Shown here piece after piece: positions 9,669 through 20,015 of a DNA stretch of 64,000 nucleotides (positions are counted from its first letter, which is position 1; each line of letters begins with the position of its first letter). The notes under the pieces were generated by a model, which saw only the letters and a list, made by a program, of their open reading frames with translations, was not told where the DNA came from and searched no databases. The stretch lies in assembly GCA_963739005.1 (NCBI GenBank), contig CAVTYQ010000009.1, positions 26,014 through 90,013 on the forward strand. Reading direction: 5' to 3'. Made by a program: the position numbers and the translations under genes. This DNA comes from an uncultured Alphaproteobacteria bacterium. GTDB taxonomy: Bacteria > Pseudomonadota > Alphaproteobacteria > Rhizobiales > Afifellaceae.

Positions 9669-12098
9669 ATGACCGAAACCCAACGTCCAATCGACGTCCC
9701 CTCCGGTGAGGGCACCTTCCCGGTGCTGCCGCTCCGCGACATCGTGGTCTTTCCGCACATGATCGTGCCGCTCTTCGTCGGGCGCGAGAAGTCGATCAAC
9801 GCGCTCGAAGAGGTGATGCGCGCCGACAAGCACATCCTGCTGGCGACGCAGAAGGACGCCGGCGACGACGATCCGACACCGCAGGCGATCTACGAGGTCG
9901 GCACGCTCGCGACGGTACTGCAACTTCTGAAGCTCCCCGACGGCACCGTGAAGGTGCTCGTGGAGGGCCGCGACCGTGCCCAGATCGTCCGCTACACCGA
10001 CCGCCAGAACTACTTCGAGGCCGAGGCCCGCATCCTTCCGGAAGTCATCGGCAAGGAAGTGGAGGCGGAGGCGCTCGCCCGCTCCGTCGTGTCGGAATTC
10101 GAGAACTACGTGAAGCTCAACAAGAAGGTGAGCCCGGAGGTTCTTTCCGCCGTCTCGAACATCGAGGACTACTCGAAGCTCGCCGACACCGTCGCCTCGC
10201 ACCTCGCTGTGCGCATTCCTGAGAAGCAGGAGATCCTCGCGCTGACCAGCGTTGCGGAGCGCCTGGAGAAGGTGCTCGGCATGATGGAGAGCGAAATCTC
10301 CGTCCTGCAGGTGGAGAAGCGCATCCGTTCGCGCGTCAAGCGCCAGATGGAGAAGACGCAGCGCGAGTACTACTTGAACGAACAGATGAAGGCGATCCAG
10401 AAGGAGCTCGGCGACGGCGAAGAAGGACGCGACGAACTGCGCGAGCTCGAAGAGCGGATCGGCAAGACGAAGTTCTCCAAGGAAGCGCGCGAGAAGGCCG
10501 AGACGGAGCTGAAGAAGCTTCGGCAGATGAGCCCGATGTCGGCGGAAGCGACGGTCGTCCGCAACTACCTCGACTGGCTGCTCGGCATTCCGTGGAAGAA
10601 GCGCTCCAAGGTCCGGAACGACCTCACCTTCGCGGAAGAGGTTCTGAACGCCGACCACTTTGGCCTGGAGAAGGTCAAGGAGCGCATCGTCGAGTATCTC
10701 GCCGTGCAGAGCCGGGCGAACAAGCTGAAGGGGCCGATCCTCTGCCTCGTCGGCCCCCCCGGCGTCGGCAAGACCTCGCTCGGCAAGTCGATCGCCAAGG
10801 CGACCGGCCGCGAGTTCGTGCGCATGTCGCTCGGCGGTGTGCGCGACGAAGCGGAGATCCGCGGCCATCGGCGCACCTATATCGGCTCGATGCCCGGCAA
10901 GGTCATCCAGTCGATGCGCAAGGCCAAGAAGTCCAATCCGCTCTTCCTGTTCGACGAGATCGACAAGATGGGCATGGACTTCCGCGGCGATCCGTCGTCG
11001 GCGCTGCTGGAGGTGCTCGATCCCGAGCAGAACTCGACCTTCATGGATCACTATCTGGAGGTCGAGTACGACCTCTCGGACGTGATGTTCGTCACCACGG
11101 CGAATACGCTCAACATTCCGCCGCCCTTGATGGACCGGATGGAGATCATCCGCATCGCCGGATACACGGAAGATGAGAAGGTCGAGATCGCCCGCCGCCA
11201 CCTGTTGCCGAAGATCGATCAGAACCACGGCCTGAAGAAGGGCGAGTTCGAGATCGACGACGAGGCGCTGAGGACGATCATCCGCCGCTACACGCGGGAG
11301 GCGGGCGTGCGCAATCTCGAGCGGGAGCTCGCGACGCTGTCGCGCAAGGTGATCAAGGAGCTGCTCACCTCGGACGCCAAGACGGTGAAGATCACCGGCG
11401 AGAACCTCGACAAGTACCTCGGCGTGCCGCGCTATCGCTATGGCGAGGTGGAGGGCGAGGATCAGGTCGGCGTGGTCACCGGTCTTGCGTGGACCGAGTT
11501 CGGCGGCGAGCTGTTGACGGTGGAAGGCGTCATGATGCCCGGCAAGGGCAAGATGACGGTCACCGGGAATCTGCGCGACGTGATGAAAGAATCGATTTCC
11601 GCGGCGGCGTCATATGTGCGCTCTCGGGCGATCGATTTTGGAATCAAACCGCCGCTTTTCGAGAGGCGGGACATCCACGTGCACGTTCCGGAGGGCGCGA
11701 CGCCTAAGGACGGGCCGTCCGCAGGTATCGCCATGGTTACCGCAATCGTCTCGGTGATGACCGGTATTCCGGTCCGCAAGGACGTGGCAATGACCGGCGA
11801 GATCACGCTCCGTGGCCGGGTCCTACCAATCGGCGGGCTCAAGGAAAAGCTCCTGGCGGCCCTCCGCGGCGGTATGAAGACCGTGCTTATCCCCGACGAA
11901 AATGCCAAGGATCTCGCGGAGATACCGGACAACGTGAAGAGCGGACTTGAGATCATTCCGGTTGGCCGGATGGGCGAAGTTCTCATCCATGCGCTCGTCC
12001 GTCAGCCGGAGCCGACGGAGTGGACCGAGCCGGATCAGGATTCGGCCAAGCCTGCGGCGGCCGAGGACGACGCGGCGACGGGCATGGTTGCGCATTAG
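9669..12098 (+). CDS. lon: Lon protease
   Basis: [26 protein letters not shown]-type N-terminus, GPPGVGKTS Walker A, protease site [14 protein letters not shown] 9669 follows a GAAGGAAG SD; the track ORF starts at 9630. Confidence 0.96.
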   Translation: MTETQRPIDVPSGEGTFPVLPLRDIVVFPHMIVPLFVGREKSINALEEVMRADKHILLATQKDAGDDDPTPQAIYEVGTLATVLQLLKLPDGTVKVLVEGRDRAQIVRYTDRQNYFEAEARILPEVIGKEVEAEALARSVVSEFENYVKLNKKVSPEVLSAVSNIEDYSKLADTVASHLAVRIPEKQEILALTSVAERLEKVLGMMESEISVLQVEKRIRSRVKRQMEKTQREYYLNEQMKAIQKELGDGEEGRDELRELEERIGKTKFSKEAREKAETELKKLRQMSPMSAEATVVRNYLDWLLGIPWKKRSKVRNDLTFAEEVLNADHFGLEKVKERIVEYLAVQSRANKLKGPILCLVGPPGVGKTSLGKSIAKATGREFVRMSLGGVRDEAEIRGHRRTYIGSMPGKVIQSMRKAKKSNPLFLFDEIDKMGMDFRGDPSSALLEVLDPEQNSTFMDHYLEVEYDLSDVMFVTTANTLNIPPPLMDRMEIIRIAGYTEDEKVEIARRHLLPKIDQNHGLKKGEFEIDDEALRTIIRRYTREAGVRNLERELATLSRKVIKELLTSDAKTVKITGENLDKYLGVPRYRYGEVEGEDQVGVVTGLAWTEFGGELLTVEGVMMPGKGKMTVTGNLRDVMKESISAAASYVRSRAIDFGIKPPLFERRDIHVHVPEGATPKDGPSAGIAMVTAIVSVMTGIPVRKDVAMTGEITLRGRVLPIGGLKEKLLAALRGGMKTVLIPDENAKDLAEIPDNVKSGLEIIPVGRMGEVLIHALVRQPEPTEWTEPDQDSAKPAAAEDDAATGMVAH

Positions 12099-12117
12099 TG
12101 CCCACGGTGGAAAAAGG

Positions 12118-12147
12118 AAGGTCGCCCGGCCAGGGCGACCTTTTTTT
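12118..12147 (+). terminator. Rho-independent terminator after lon
   Basis: Stem aaggtcgccc/gggcgacctt (loop ggcca) followed by T7 (12141-12147), 20 nt after the lon stop. Confidence 0.8.
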
Positions 12148-12245
12148 GTTGCAAATCCCGCAATTCCGGGCTTTGCAGTCGGGTTGAGGCCCCCCGCGCG
12201 CTCTGCGTGGCCCGAGACAATCTAATCAATAGAGGAGAACTGAGG

Positions 12246-12521
12246 ATGAACAAGGGCGACCTTGCTGCCGCTGTGGCGGACAAGACCGGCATGTCGAAAG
12301 CAGCGGCGACCCAAGCTGTCGAAGCGGTCTTCGGCTGCATCACCGATTCGCTCAAGACGGGGCAGGAGGTGCGCGTCCTCGGCTTTGGCAACTTCACGGT
12401 CTCCCGCCGCGCGGCGAGCACCGGGCGTAATCCGCAGACCGGCGCGCCGATGCAGATCAAGGCTTCCAACCAGGCCAAGTTCAAGCCGGGCAAGGGCCTG
12501 AAGGACACCCTCAATCCGTAG
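12246..12521 (+). CDS. hupB: DNA-binding protein HU
   Basis: 91 aa, MNKGDLAAAVADKTGMSKAAATQAVEAVFGCITDSLKTGQEVRVLGFGNF...GRNPQTGAPMQI. GGAGAA..GAGG SD before ATG 12246. Confidence 0.93.
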   Translation: MNKGDLAAAVADKTGMSKAAATQAVEAVFGCITDSLKTGQEVRVLGFGNFTVSRRAASTGRNPQTGAPMQIKASNQAKFKPGKGLKDTLNP

Positions 12522-12547
12522 CGCTAGGCGCATCCGGCAGTTGCGCG

Positions 12548-12575
12548 AGCCCCGCATTGCGGGGCTTTCGTTTTT
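12548..12575 (+). terminator. Rho-independent terminator after the HU gene
   Basis: 8-bp stem agccccgc/gcggggct (loop att) followed by TTCGTTTTT. Confidence 0.75.
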
Positions 12576-12658
12576 CGGGGGCGGCATCGGCACCCGCCAG
12601 CCACGCCGCGGCGGGCGGCCATGACTTTGCAAGCCTTCCGGACTAGATTCGCGCGATC

Positions 12659-12735
12659 GGGCGGTTAGCTCAGCTGGTCAGAGCACCTGGTTTACACCCA
12701 GGGGGTCGGGAGTTCGAACCTCTCACCGCCCACCA
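12659..12735 (+). tRNA. tRNA-Val (anticodon TAC)
   Basis: Acceptor GGGCGGT/ACCGCCC, D-arm AGCTCAGCTGGTCAGAGC, anticodon stem CCTGG/CCAGG with loop TTTACAC, T-loop TTCGAAC, encoded CCA. Confidence 0.9.
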
Positions 12736-12826
12736 GCTTCGCCAAGGCGCCGTTGGCAGCGAGATGCAAATAGCGAGAAATCGCGCGACCGCCGGCGCCG
12801 ACGGTCCCAGTCCTGGAGGAAGGGCA

Positions 12827-13606
12827 ATGCTGTCGAGCAAGGCTTCTTTGATTGGCCTCGTCGGCCTGTCGATTTCGATGGCAACCTTGGTCGCGATGCC
12901 CGCCGCGGCGGACGAGGTCCTCATCTCGCAGGAAACCGCGGTCGCTGGCGGTATCACGCCTGGCGACGACCCCGGCTTTCCCGTCACGCTCTCCGCGCCA
13001 GGGCGATACCGCGTCGTCGGCAATCTGGATGTTCCGGCGGGCGCCGATGGCATCAGGATCGAAGCGGACAACGTTACCCTCGATTTCGGCGGGTTCACCA
13101 TGCAGGGCGCGGACCAGGCTGCGACCGGCATCATCTCCAACCACGATTCGATCGAGATCCGAGACGGAGTTGTCACCGGCTTCCAACTCTTCGCGATCGA
13201 CAGCCACTCCGTCGGCCGCTTTTGGACCGTTTCGGGCATGCGGATCATCAAGAATGGGCTCGGCGTCTCCGCCGGGACCTATGCCCGCGTCGTCGACAAC
13301 AACATCTCCTTCAACGACAATTACGGCCTGAGCTGCCAGTTCTGCCTGGTGGAGGGGAACGTCGTTGCCCTCAATCATGACGACGGGATCGACGTGAAAG
13401 GCGGCACGGTGCTCGGCAACATGATCGCCTCGAACCGCGGCTATGGAATCTCCGCCTTCATGCTCGGCTACGTTCTGAGCGGCTACGGTAACAACACGCT
13501 TGTGAACAACAACGGCAGCGGGCGTCTTGGAGCGGACGGCGGCTTCGTCGTGCAAAGCCCGCAGGTGAACGGCCGCATCGAGACGCTGCAGCCGAACGTC
13601 GAATAG
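12827..13606 (+). CDS. Secreted right-handed parallel beta-helix repeat protein (function unknown)
   Basis: ATG 12827 follows a GGAGGAAGGG SD. Signal peptide MLSSKASLIGLVGLSISMATLVAMPAAA. The body has ~20-25-residue repeats ending in N/G turns (IRIEADNVTLDFGG, IEIRDGVVTG, VVDNNISFNDNYG, VEGNVVALNHDDG, VLGNMIASNRGYG). The track ORF starts at 12764. Confidence 0.6.
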   Translation: MLSSKASLIGLVGLSISMATLVAMPAAADEVLISQETAVAGGITPGDDPGFPVTLSAPGRYRVVGNLDVPAGADGIRIEADNVTLDFGGFTMQGADQAATGIISNHDSIEIRDGVVTGFQLFAIDSHSVGRFWTVSGMRIIKNGLGVSAGTYARVVDNNISFNDNYGLSCQFCLVEGNVVALNHDDGIDVKGGTVLGNMIASNRGYGISAFMLGYVLSGYGNNTLVNNNGSGRLGADGGFVVQSPQVNGRIETLQPNVE

Positions 13607-13638
13607 GCCGGCGCGCGCCGCAAGTTTCCGCGGCTTTG

Positions 13639-13667
13639 CTTGACTTGGCCGGAGCCGCACCCTATCT
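13639..13667 (+). promoter_or_regulatory. Candidate sigma-70 promoter for tRNA-Asp
   Basis: CTTGAC (13639-13644), 17-nt spacer, CTATCT (13662-13667), about 39 nt upstream of the mature tRNA 5' end. It matches the alphaproteobacterial CTTGAC-N17-CTATAT consensus from memory. Confidence 0.45.
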
Positions 13668-13705
13668 CGCTGATCCGCTTCCAAGCTTCCGGAAGCAGCG
13701 CCCGC

Positions 13706-13782
13706 GGGGGCGTAGCTCAGTTGGTTAGAGTGCCGGCCTGTCACGCCGGAGGTCGCGGGTTCGAGCCCCGTCGCTCCCGCCA
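13706..13782 (+). tRNA. tRNA-Asp (anticodon GTC)
   Basis: Acceptor GGGGGCG/CGCTCCC (one G-U pair), D-arm GCTCAGTTGGTTAGAGT, anticodon stem CCGGC/GCCGG with loop CTGTCAC, T-loop TTCGAGC, discriminator G, encoded CCA. Confidence 0.9.
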
Positions 13783-13909
13783 GTTTTCCCCTTCACATTT
13801 CGAGGAGCGTGGAACGGCGGCCTGCCTTCCAGCGTAGTTTCCATTGCCCAACGGGGCCGGGTCTGGCATCGTTCTGGTTGAGGCCACACGGGCAAGTCGG
13901 GCGACTCAG

Positions 13910-14167
13910 ATGACACATGGTCTTGCGCGCTGCGTATTGGTTGTTGCCGTGGCAGCGGCGGCGGTTTCCGGCGCGTCTGCTGCGAGCACCAAGCCGCCTG
14001 AGAAGAACACTGTCACCTGGCCCCGATTTACCGTGCAGTCGGACGATTTCACGCGCCACTTCGCGGATCAGCGCCGGGATGTTGACGAGGCCTTCCGTCC
14101 GCTGGCGCCGAGCGGCCCCACAACCTCGACTACCTATTGCGGACCCTCGGTGCCGACCTGTCCTTAG
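13910..14167 (+). CDS. Small hypothetical secreted protein (85 aa)
   Basis: Internal ATG of track ORF 13844..14167. The signal-peptide-like N-terminus is MTHGLARCVLVVAVAAAAVSGASA. It has two Cys near the C-terminus (YCGPSVPTCP), a weak SD and no recognisable family. Confidence 0.4.
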   Translation: MTHGLARCVLVVAVAAAAVSGASAASTKPPEKNTVTWPRFTVQSDDFTRHFADQRRDVDEAFRPLAPSGPTTSTTYCGPSVPTCP

Positions 14168-14306
14168 GACAGCTCGGACTCGCGTCCCACAATTGTTGCC
14201 GCGCATTGGGATTTTGGCCGCGGCGCGGGCTTGTGGCGAGCCCGCGGGCTCGGTATGACGCAGCGCAGCAACCGCACTCTCTCTAGCTTTCGGCGCGGGA
14301 GTCGAC

Positions 14307-14672
14307 ATGCAAACCTTGCTTCAGAGCTATCTGCCGATCGTCATCTTCATCGGCGTTGCGCTCGCGATCGGTCTCGCGCTTCTCGTCGCGCCGTTCATCG
14401 TTGCCTACAAGCAGCCGGATTCGGAGAAGCTCTCCGCCTATGAGTGCGGCTTCGCGGCGTTCGACGACGCCCGCATGAAGTTCGACGTGCGCTTCTACCT
14501 GGTCGCCATCCTCTTCATCATCTTCGATCTCGAGGTGGCGTTCCTCTTCCCCTGGGTCGTGGTGTTCAAATCGGTGGGGTGGTACGGGCTCGGCTCGATC
14601 ATGGCGTTCCTTGCCGTGTTGACCATCGGCTTTATCTACGAATGGAAGAAGGGCGCGCTCGAGTGGGATTGA
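14307..14672 (+). CDS. nuoA: NADH-quinone oxidoreductase subunit A
   Basis: 121 aa, ...SAYECGF...[11 protein letters not shown] motif. First gene of the nuo operon. Confidence 0.95.
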   Translation: MQTLLQSYLPIVIFIGVALAIGLALLVAPFIVAYKQPDSEKLSAYECGFAAFDDARMKFDVRFYLVAILFIIFDLEVAFLFPWVVVFKSVGWYGLGSIMAFLAVLTIGFIYEWKKGALEWD

Positions 14673-15226
14673 TCGGGACCCAAGCGCCGCTTGCACCCGC
14701 CACGTCGAGGGGCGCGATGCCGGGCGTTCAGCGCGATCCGTTCTTCTCGGAGGTCAACAACGAGCTCGCCGACAAGGGCTGGCTCGTCACCTCGGCCGAC
14801 GAGCTCGTCACGTGGGCGCGCACCGGTTCGCTCATGTGGATGACCTTCGGGCTCGCATGCTGCGCGGTGGAGATGATCCAGCTTTCGATGCCGCGCTATG
14901 ACGTCGAGCGTTTCGGATTTGCGCCGCGTGCCTCGCCGCGGCAATCCGACGTGATGATCGTCGCCGGCACGCTCACCAACAAAATGGCGCCGGCGATCCG
15001 CAAGGTCTACGACCAGATGCCGGAGCCGCGCTACGTGATCTCGATGGGCTCATGCGCCAACGGCGGCGGCTATTATCACTATTCCTATTCGGTGGTGCGT
15101 GGATGCGACCGCGTGCTGCCGATCGACATCTACGTACCGGGCTGTCCGCCGACGGCGGAGGCGCTCCTCTACGGCGTGCTGCTTCTGCAGAAGAAGATCC
15201 GCCGCACCGGCACGATCGAGCGCTAG
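14663..15226 (+). CDS. nuoB: NADH-quinone oxidoreductase subunit B
   Basis: [41 protein letters not shown] (N2 cluster ligands). The start is uncertain: GTG 14663 (MGLIGT..., overlapping the nuoA end) or ATG 14717 ([18 protein letters not shown]). Confidence 0.9.
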   Translation: MGLIGTQAPLAPATSRGAMPGVQRDPFFSEVNNELADKGWLVTSADELVTWARTGSLMWMTFGLACCAVEMIQLSMPRYDVERFGFAPRASPRQSDVMIVAGTLTNKMAPAIRKVYDQMPEPRYVISMGSCANGGGYYHYSYSVVRGCDRVLPIDIYVPGCPPTAEALLYGVLLLQKKIRRTGTIER

Positions 15227-15230
15227 CGCC

Positions 15231-15854
15231 ATGAATGCGTTCTCGCCCGCCAAGCGCGGCCTCGCCGAGATCGCAGCGCGCGTCGGCGAAGTGCTCGGCG
15301 CACGAATCCTGTCGCAGACGATCGCCTTCGAGGAGCTGACGATCGACGTCGCGCCCGATGCGATCATCGAGGTCGTGACGGCTCTCCGCGACGACCCCCA
15401 ACTCAAGTTTGTGTCGTTCATCGACATCTGCGGCGTCGACTGGCCGGAGCGCGAGAAGCGCTTCGACGTCGTCTATCATTTCCTCAGCCCGACGAAGAAC
15501 CACCGCATCCGCATCAAGGTCGCAGCCGACGCGGATACGGCCGTTCCCTCGATCAGCGACGCATTTCCCGGCGCGGTCTGGTTCGAGCGCGAGGCCTACG
15601 ACCTCTACGGCATCCTCTTCTCCGGCAACCCCGACTTCCGCCGCATCTTGACCGACTACGGCTTCCGCGGGCATCCGCTTAGGAAGGACTTCCCGCTCAC
15701 CGGCTTCGTCGAGGTCCGCTACGACACCGAACAGAAGCGCGTGGTCTATGAGCCGGTGAAACTTCCGCAGGAGTTCCGCAACTTCGATTTCCTCTCGCCC
15801 TGGGAGGGGACGGACTACGTGCTGCCGGGCGACGAGAAGAAAACCGATGCCTGA
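15231..15854 (+). CDS. nuoC: NADH-quinone oxidoreductase subunit C
   Basis: 207 aa, ...[41 protein letters not shown]. Track ORF 15099..15854 trimmed to ATG 15231. Confidence 0.94.
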   Translation: MNAFSPAKRGLAEIAARVGEVLGARILSQTIAFEELTIDVAPDAIIEVVTALRDDPQLKFVSFIDICGVDWPEREKRFDVVYHFLSPTKNHRIRIKVAADADTAVPSISDAFPGAVWFEREAYDLYGILFSGNPDFRRILTDYGFRGHPLRKDFPLTGFVEVRYDTEQKRVVYEPVKLPQEFRNFDFLSPWEGTDYVLPGDEKKTDA

Positions 15855-17037
15855 AGCCGACGTCCGCAATTTCAATATTAACTTCGGACCGCAGCATCCG
15901 GCGGCGCACGGTGTGCTCCGCCTTGTGCTTGAGCTCGACGGCGAGGTTGTCGCGCGCGTCGATCCGCACATCGGGCTCTTGCATCGCGGCACCGAGAAGC
16001 TGATCGAATACAAGACCTATCTCCAGGCGATGCCCTATTTCGATCGGCTCGACTATGTCGCGCCGATGAATCAGGAGCATGCGTTCTGCCTTGCGACGGA
16101 GAGGTTGCTCGACATCGAGGTGCCGCGGCGTGGGCAGCTCATCCGCGTTCTCTATTCGGAAATCGGGCGGCTCCTCTCGCATCTCTTGAACGTGACAACT
16201 CAGGCGCTCGACATCGGTGCGTTGACGCCGCCGCTCTGGGGCTTCGAGGAGCGCGAGAAGCTCATGGTCTTCTACGAGCGCGCGTCCGGCAGCCGCATGC
16301 ACGCGGCTTATTTCCGCCCGGGCGGCGTGCATCAGGACCTGCCGCCGAAGCTCGTCGACGATATCGGCGCCTTTTGCGATCCGTTCCTGAAAGTCTGCGA
16401 CGATATCGAGGCGCTCCTCACCGACAACCGCATCTTCAAGCAGCGCAATGTCGACATCGGTGTGGTTTCGCTCGACGAAGCGTGGCGGCGCGGCTTTTCC
16501 GGCGTGATGGTGCGCGGGTCGGGCGCCGCCTGGGATCTCAGGAAGGCGCAACCCTACGAATGCTACGACGAGATGGAATTCGACGTGCCGATCGGCAAGA
16601 ACGGCGACAACTACGACCGCTACCTGATCCGCATGATCGAGATGCGCCAGGCGACGCGCATCATGAAGCAGTGCGTGGAGAAGCTATCTTCGGCGGCGAA
16701 CGCCGGGCCGGTGTCGGTTGTCGACAACAAGATCGTGCCGCCGAAGCGCGCCGACATGAAGCGCTCGATGGAGTCGCTCATCCATCACTTCAAGCTCTAC
16801 ACCGAGGGCTTCCACGTGCCGGCGGGCGAGGTCTACGCCGCGGTCGAGGCGCCGAAGGGCGAGTTCGGCGTCTATCTGGTATCGGACGGCTCCAACAAGC
16901 CCTACCGCTGCAAGATCCGCGCGCCCGGTTTCGCGCATCTCCAAGCCATGGATTTCATCTGCCGCGGGCACATGCTGGCGGACATTTCGGCGGTTCTTGG
17001 AAGCCTCGACATCGTGTTCGGCGAGGTGGATCGGTAG
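15847..17037 (+). CDS. nuoD: NADH-quinone oxidoreductase subunit D
   Basis: 396 aa, [22 protein letters not shown]...; overlaps the nuoC end by 8 nt. Confidence 0.96.
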   Translation: MPEADVRNFNINFGPQHPAAHGVLRLVLELDGEVVARVDPHIGLLHRGTEKLIEYKTYLQAMPYFDRLDYVAPMNQEHAFCLATERLLDIEVPRRGQLIRVLYSEIGRLLSHLLNVTTQALDIGALTPPLWGFEEREKLMVFYERASGSRMHAAYFRPGGVHQDLPPKLVDDIGAFCDPFLKVCDDIEALLTDNRIFKQRNVDIGVVSLDEAWRRGFSGVMVRGSGAAWDLRKAQPYECYDEMEFDVPIGKNGDNYDRYLIRMIEMRQATRIMKQCVEKLSSAANAGPVSVVDNKIVPPKRADMKRSMESLIHHFKLYTEGFHVPAGEVYAAVEAPKGEFGVYLVSDGSNKPYRCKIRAPGFAHLQAMDFICRGHMLADISAVLGSLDIVFGEVDR

Positions 17038-17214
17038 CGGCATCGGCGCCGGCCGGTTTTGCTCCTCCGTTTGAAGGCCTTAGGCGGCAACCAAGGCCTT
17101 TGAATCGGGAATCCGCATAACTGTCGCGGCCCTGGGGCTGGCCTTTCTGAGCCGAAATGCTAGAACCGCTCTAACCCCAAGACGACCCAAGAATCGCAAC
17201 GGACGACGATAGTT

Positions 17215-17871
17215 ATGGCCGCGCGCCGCCTCGCAGAGACGCAGCCCGACGCCTTCGCCTTTACGGCCGAAAACCAGGCCTGGGCGAAACGCGAGATCGC
17301 CAAGTATCCGCCCGGCCGCCAGGCCTCCGCGGTGATCGCGCTTCTCTGGCGCGCTCAGGAGCAGGAGGGCTGGGTCACCAAGCCGGCGATCGAGGCGGTT
17401 GCGTCGATGCTCGGCATGCCGCTCATCCGCGTGCTGGAGGTCGCGACCTTCTACACGATGTTCTATCTGGAGCCGGTCGGCGCCAAGGCGCATGTCCAGG
17501 TCTGCGGGACGACCCCCTGCATGCTCCGGGGCGCGGGCGCGCTGATCGACCTCTGCAAGAAGCGCATCAATCACGACCCGCACCACCTCTCCGCAGACGG
17601 GGCATTGTCCTGGGAAGAGGTCGAGTGCCTAGGCGCCTGCGTGAACGCGCCGATGATCCAGGTCTCAAGGGACACCTATGAGGACCTGACGCCGGAGATA
17701 TTCGGGTCCCTGCTCGATGCATTCGAGCGAGGCGAGAAGCCGGCGCCGGGCCCACAGAACGGGCGGCAGCATTCGATGCCGATCACCGGCCTGACGTCGC
17801 TGACGGAGATCGAATATGCAGCGGACGACGTGCCGCCGACGCGTTCGGCCTCCGGCGCCACGAGAGGGTGA
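17215..17871 (+). CDS. nuoE: NADH-quinone oxidoreductase subunit E
   Basis: 218 aa with 2Fe-2S ligands in [11 protein letters not shown] ... [11 protein letters not shown] 177-nt spacer follows nuoD. Confidence 0.94.
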   Translation: MAARRLAETQPDAFAFTAENQAWAKREIAKYPPGRQASAVIALLWRAQEQEGWVTKPAIEAVASMLGMPLIRVLEVATFYTMFYLEPVGAKAHVQVCGTTPCMLRGAGALIDLCKKRINHDPHHLSADGALSWEEVECLGACVNAPMIQVSRDTYEDLTPEIFGSLLDAFERGEKPAPGPQNGRQHSMPITGLTSLTEIEYAADDVPPTRSASGATRG

Positions 17872-17873
17872 CG

Positions 17874-19178
17874 ATGCTCGCTGACAAGGACCGCATCTTC
17901 AAGAACCTCTACGGCCTGCACGATCCGGGCCTGAAGGGGGCGCGCTCGCGCGGCGCCTGGGACGGCACCAAGGCGATCCTGGAGAAGGGCCGCGACGCGA
18001 TCGTCGAGGAAGTGAAGAAGTCGGGCCTGAGGGGCCGGGGAGGGGCCGGCTTCCCGACGGGCCTCAAATGGTCGTTCATGCCGAAGCAGTCGGACGGGCG
18101 GCCGCACTATCTCGTCGTCAATGCCGACGAATCCGAGCCCGGCACCTGCAAGGATCGCGAGATCATGCGGCACGACCCGCATCTTCTCGTCGAAGGCTGC
18201 CTGATCGCCTCCTTCGCGATGGGCGCGAACACCGCCTTCATCTACATCCGCGGCGAATACATCCGCGAGCGCGAAGCGCTTCAGCGCGCCGTCGACGAAG
18301 CCTACGAGGCGAAGCTTATCGGCAAGGACAACATCCACGGCTGGGACTTCGACATCGTCATCGCGCACGGCGCCGGCGCCTATATCTGCGGCGAGGAGAC
18401 GGCGCTTCTGGAAAGCCTCGAAGGCAAGAAGGGGATGCCGCGGCTGAAGCCGCCTTTCCCCGCCAATATGGGCCTCTATGGCTGTCCGTCGACGGTCAAC
18501 AACGTGGAATCGATCGCCGTCGCGCCTGACATCATGCGGCGCGGCGCCGATTGGTTCGCAGGCTTCGGTCGCCCCAACAATCTTGGCACCAAGCTCTTCA
18601 ACATCTCCGGACACGTGAACGCGCCTTGCACCGTCGAAGAGGTGATGGGCATCAATTTCCGCGAGCTGATCGATAAGCATGCGGGTGGCGTGCGCGGCGG
18701 CTGGGACAATCTTCTCGCCATGATCCCCGGCGGCTCGTCCTGTCCGATCATCCCGGCGCATCAATGCGACACTGCGATCATGGATTTCGACGGCATGCGC
18801 GAGCTGAAGTCGAGCTTCGGCACGGCGGCGGTCATCGTCATGGACAAGTCGACCGACGTCGTCCGCGCCATCACGCGCATCTCCTACTTCTACAAGCACG
18901 AGAGCTGCGGCCAGTGCACGCCCTGCCGCGAGGGCATGGGCTGGATGTGGCGGGTCTTGGAGCGCATGTGCCGCGGCGAGGCGGAGAAGCGCGAGATCGA
19001 CATGCTGCTCGAAGTCACGACGCAGATCGAGGGCCACACGATCTGCGCGTTCGCCGACGGCGCGGTCTGGCCGGTGCAGGGCCTGATCCGGCATTTCCGC
19101 CACGAGATCGAAAAGCGGATCGACGAATTCACGGCCAATCCGACACCGGCCGAGGCGATGATGGAGGCGGCGGAGTGA
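17874..19178 (+). CDS. nuoF: NADH-quinone oxidoreductase subunit F
   Basis: [14 protein letters not shown]..., FMN/NADH site [33 protein letters not shown]3 cluster [12 protein letters not shown]. The track starts at GTG 17868. Confidence 0.96.
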   Translation: MLADKDRIFKNLYGLHDPGLKGARSRGAWDGTKAILEKGRDAIVEEVKKSGLRGRGGAGFPTGLKWSFMPKQSDGRPHYLVVNADESEPGTCKDREIMRHDPHLLVEGCLIASFAMGANTAFIYIRGEYIREREALQRAVDEAYEAKLIGKDNIHGWDFDIVIAHGAGAYICGEETALLESLEGKKGMPRLKPPFPANMGLYGCPSTVNNVESIAVAPDIMRRGADWFAGFGRPNNLGTKLFNISGHVNAPCTVEEVMGINFRELIDKHAGGVRGGWDNLLAMIPGGSSCPIIPAHQCDTAIMDFDGMRELKSSFGTAAVIVMDKSTDVVRAITRISYFYKHESCGQCTPCREGMGWMWRVLERMCRGEAEKREIDMLLEVTTQIEGHTICAFADGAVWPVQGLIRHFRHEIEKRIDEFTANPTPAEAMMEAAE

Positions 19179-19183
19179 GCGCG

Positions 19184-19495
19184 ATGAAGCTGGAAAAGAC
19201 GAAGGAGCGGATCGACGCGAACGATGTGGACCTCTCGGGCTCGTCGTTCGACAACGTGAATCTGTCGGGCTGCACCTTCCACAACATCAACCTGTCGGGC
19301 GCGACGTTCGATGACATCAACATGTCCGGCTGGCGGGTGAACGACGTGAACCTTTCTGGGCTGAAGCTCACGAAGGTGAATCTTGCCGGCGCATCGATCA
19401 GCGGCGGGCGCTACGACGGGATGACGATCGACGGAATCGAAGTGACGGAACTGCTCGCGGCTTTTCGGGCGGGCGGAAAAGAAGCGGCGGAGTAG
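19184..19495 (+). CDS. Pentapeptide-repeat protein embedded in the nuo operon
   Basis: 103 aa; ATG is 5 nt after the nuoF stop (GGAG 8 nt upstream). Six consecutive 10-residue units: ANDVDLSGSS/FDNVNLSGCT/FHNINLSGAT/FDDINMSGWR/VNDVNLSGLK/LTKVNLAGAS. This is the C-terminal part of track ORF 18764..19495. Confidence 0.75.
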   Translation: MKLEKTKERIDANDVDLSGSSFDNVNLSGCTFHNINLSGATFDDINMSGWRVNDVNLSGLKLTKVNLAGASISGGRYDGMTIDGIEVTELLAAFRAGGKEAAE

Positions 19496-19548
19496 AAATG
19501 TTCGGTCGCACGGAACAGGCAAAGCTCGAGAGCCGAAAAGGAGGAGGT

Positions 19549-19995
19549 ATGCCCAAGACCGGAGCGAAGCGGCATTCTTTGGAGCGCACGCAGAAGGCCA
19601 TGCGGGTGCGGCCGGGTGCGCCGCTGCTGGAGACGCGCGCAAGGACGATCCTCGCGACGATGGTGGAGGAGGTCGCGGGCGGCGCGGCGGATGGGATGAT
19701 TCTGCCCGAAGTCGCGGAGTCGAGTATCGCTGAGACGACTGTCTCCACGCCGGAAGCACAGGATGATACCGTGCAGAGCATTGACGAACTGGCGACGCGT
19801 GAGCTCGTTTCCATCGTGCGCCATGGGGCGAGTCTGGAGGTCGACGGATCGCGCTACACCTCGGACGAGCTCGCGCTGCTCGCGGAGAACGTCACGGCCG
19901 AGGCGCATCTCAAGATCAACAACAGCGGCAGCTTCTCGGCCAGGGAGCTTGCCTCGATCGCTCAAACCGGGCCGGGACAGGTGATCTTCGCCTGA
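19549..19995 (+). CDS. Hypothetical protein embedded in the nuo operon (no family recognised)
   Basis: Track ORF 19498..19995. A strong GGAGGAGG SD precedes ATG 19549 (alternative ATG 19498, 2 nt after the previous stop). Third codon positions are genome-typical G/C-rich. It ends 20 nt before nuoG. Confidence 0.65.
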   Translation: MPKTGAKRHSLERTQKAMRVRPGAPLLETRARTILATMVEEVAGGAADGMILPEVAESSIAETTVSTPEAQDDTVQSIDELATRELVSIVRHGASLEVDGSRYTSDELALLAENVTAEAHLKINNSGSFSARELASIAQTGPGQVIFA

Positions 19996-20015
19996 GAGCG
20001 GGACAGGGATCGGGA

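Noticed and set aside
8176-9690. 504-aa minus-strand ORF antisense to clpX. The same pattern applies to 9624..11228 (lon), 17676..19103 (nuoF), 19962..21683 (nuoG), 24981..27047 (nuoL), 27085..28758 (nuoM), 29179..30279 (nuoN), 41809..43593 (dnaE), 57284..58696 (bamA) and 60929..62753 (lpxI/lpxB).
   Set aside because: These are shadow ORFs typical of high-GC DNA. Their composition is Arg/Ala/Gly/Asp/His-rich and low in complexity with no recognisable motifs, and each is fully overlapped by a strongly conserved gene on the other strand.
17038-17214. The 177-nt nuoD-nuoE spacer with two self-complementary AAGGCCTT motifs, considered as another repeat element or small gene.
   Set aside because: It offers only a short, imperfect pairing and no ORF with a start and SD. 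There is not enough structure to call.
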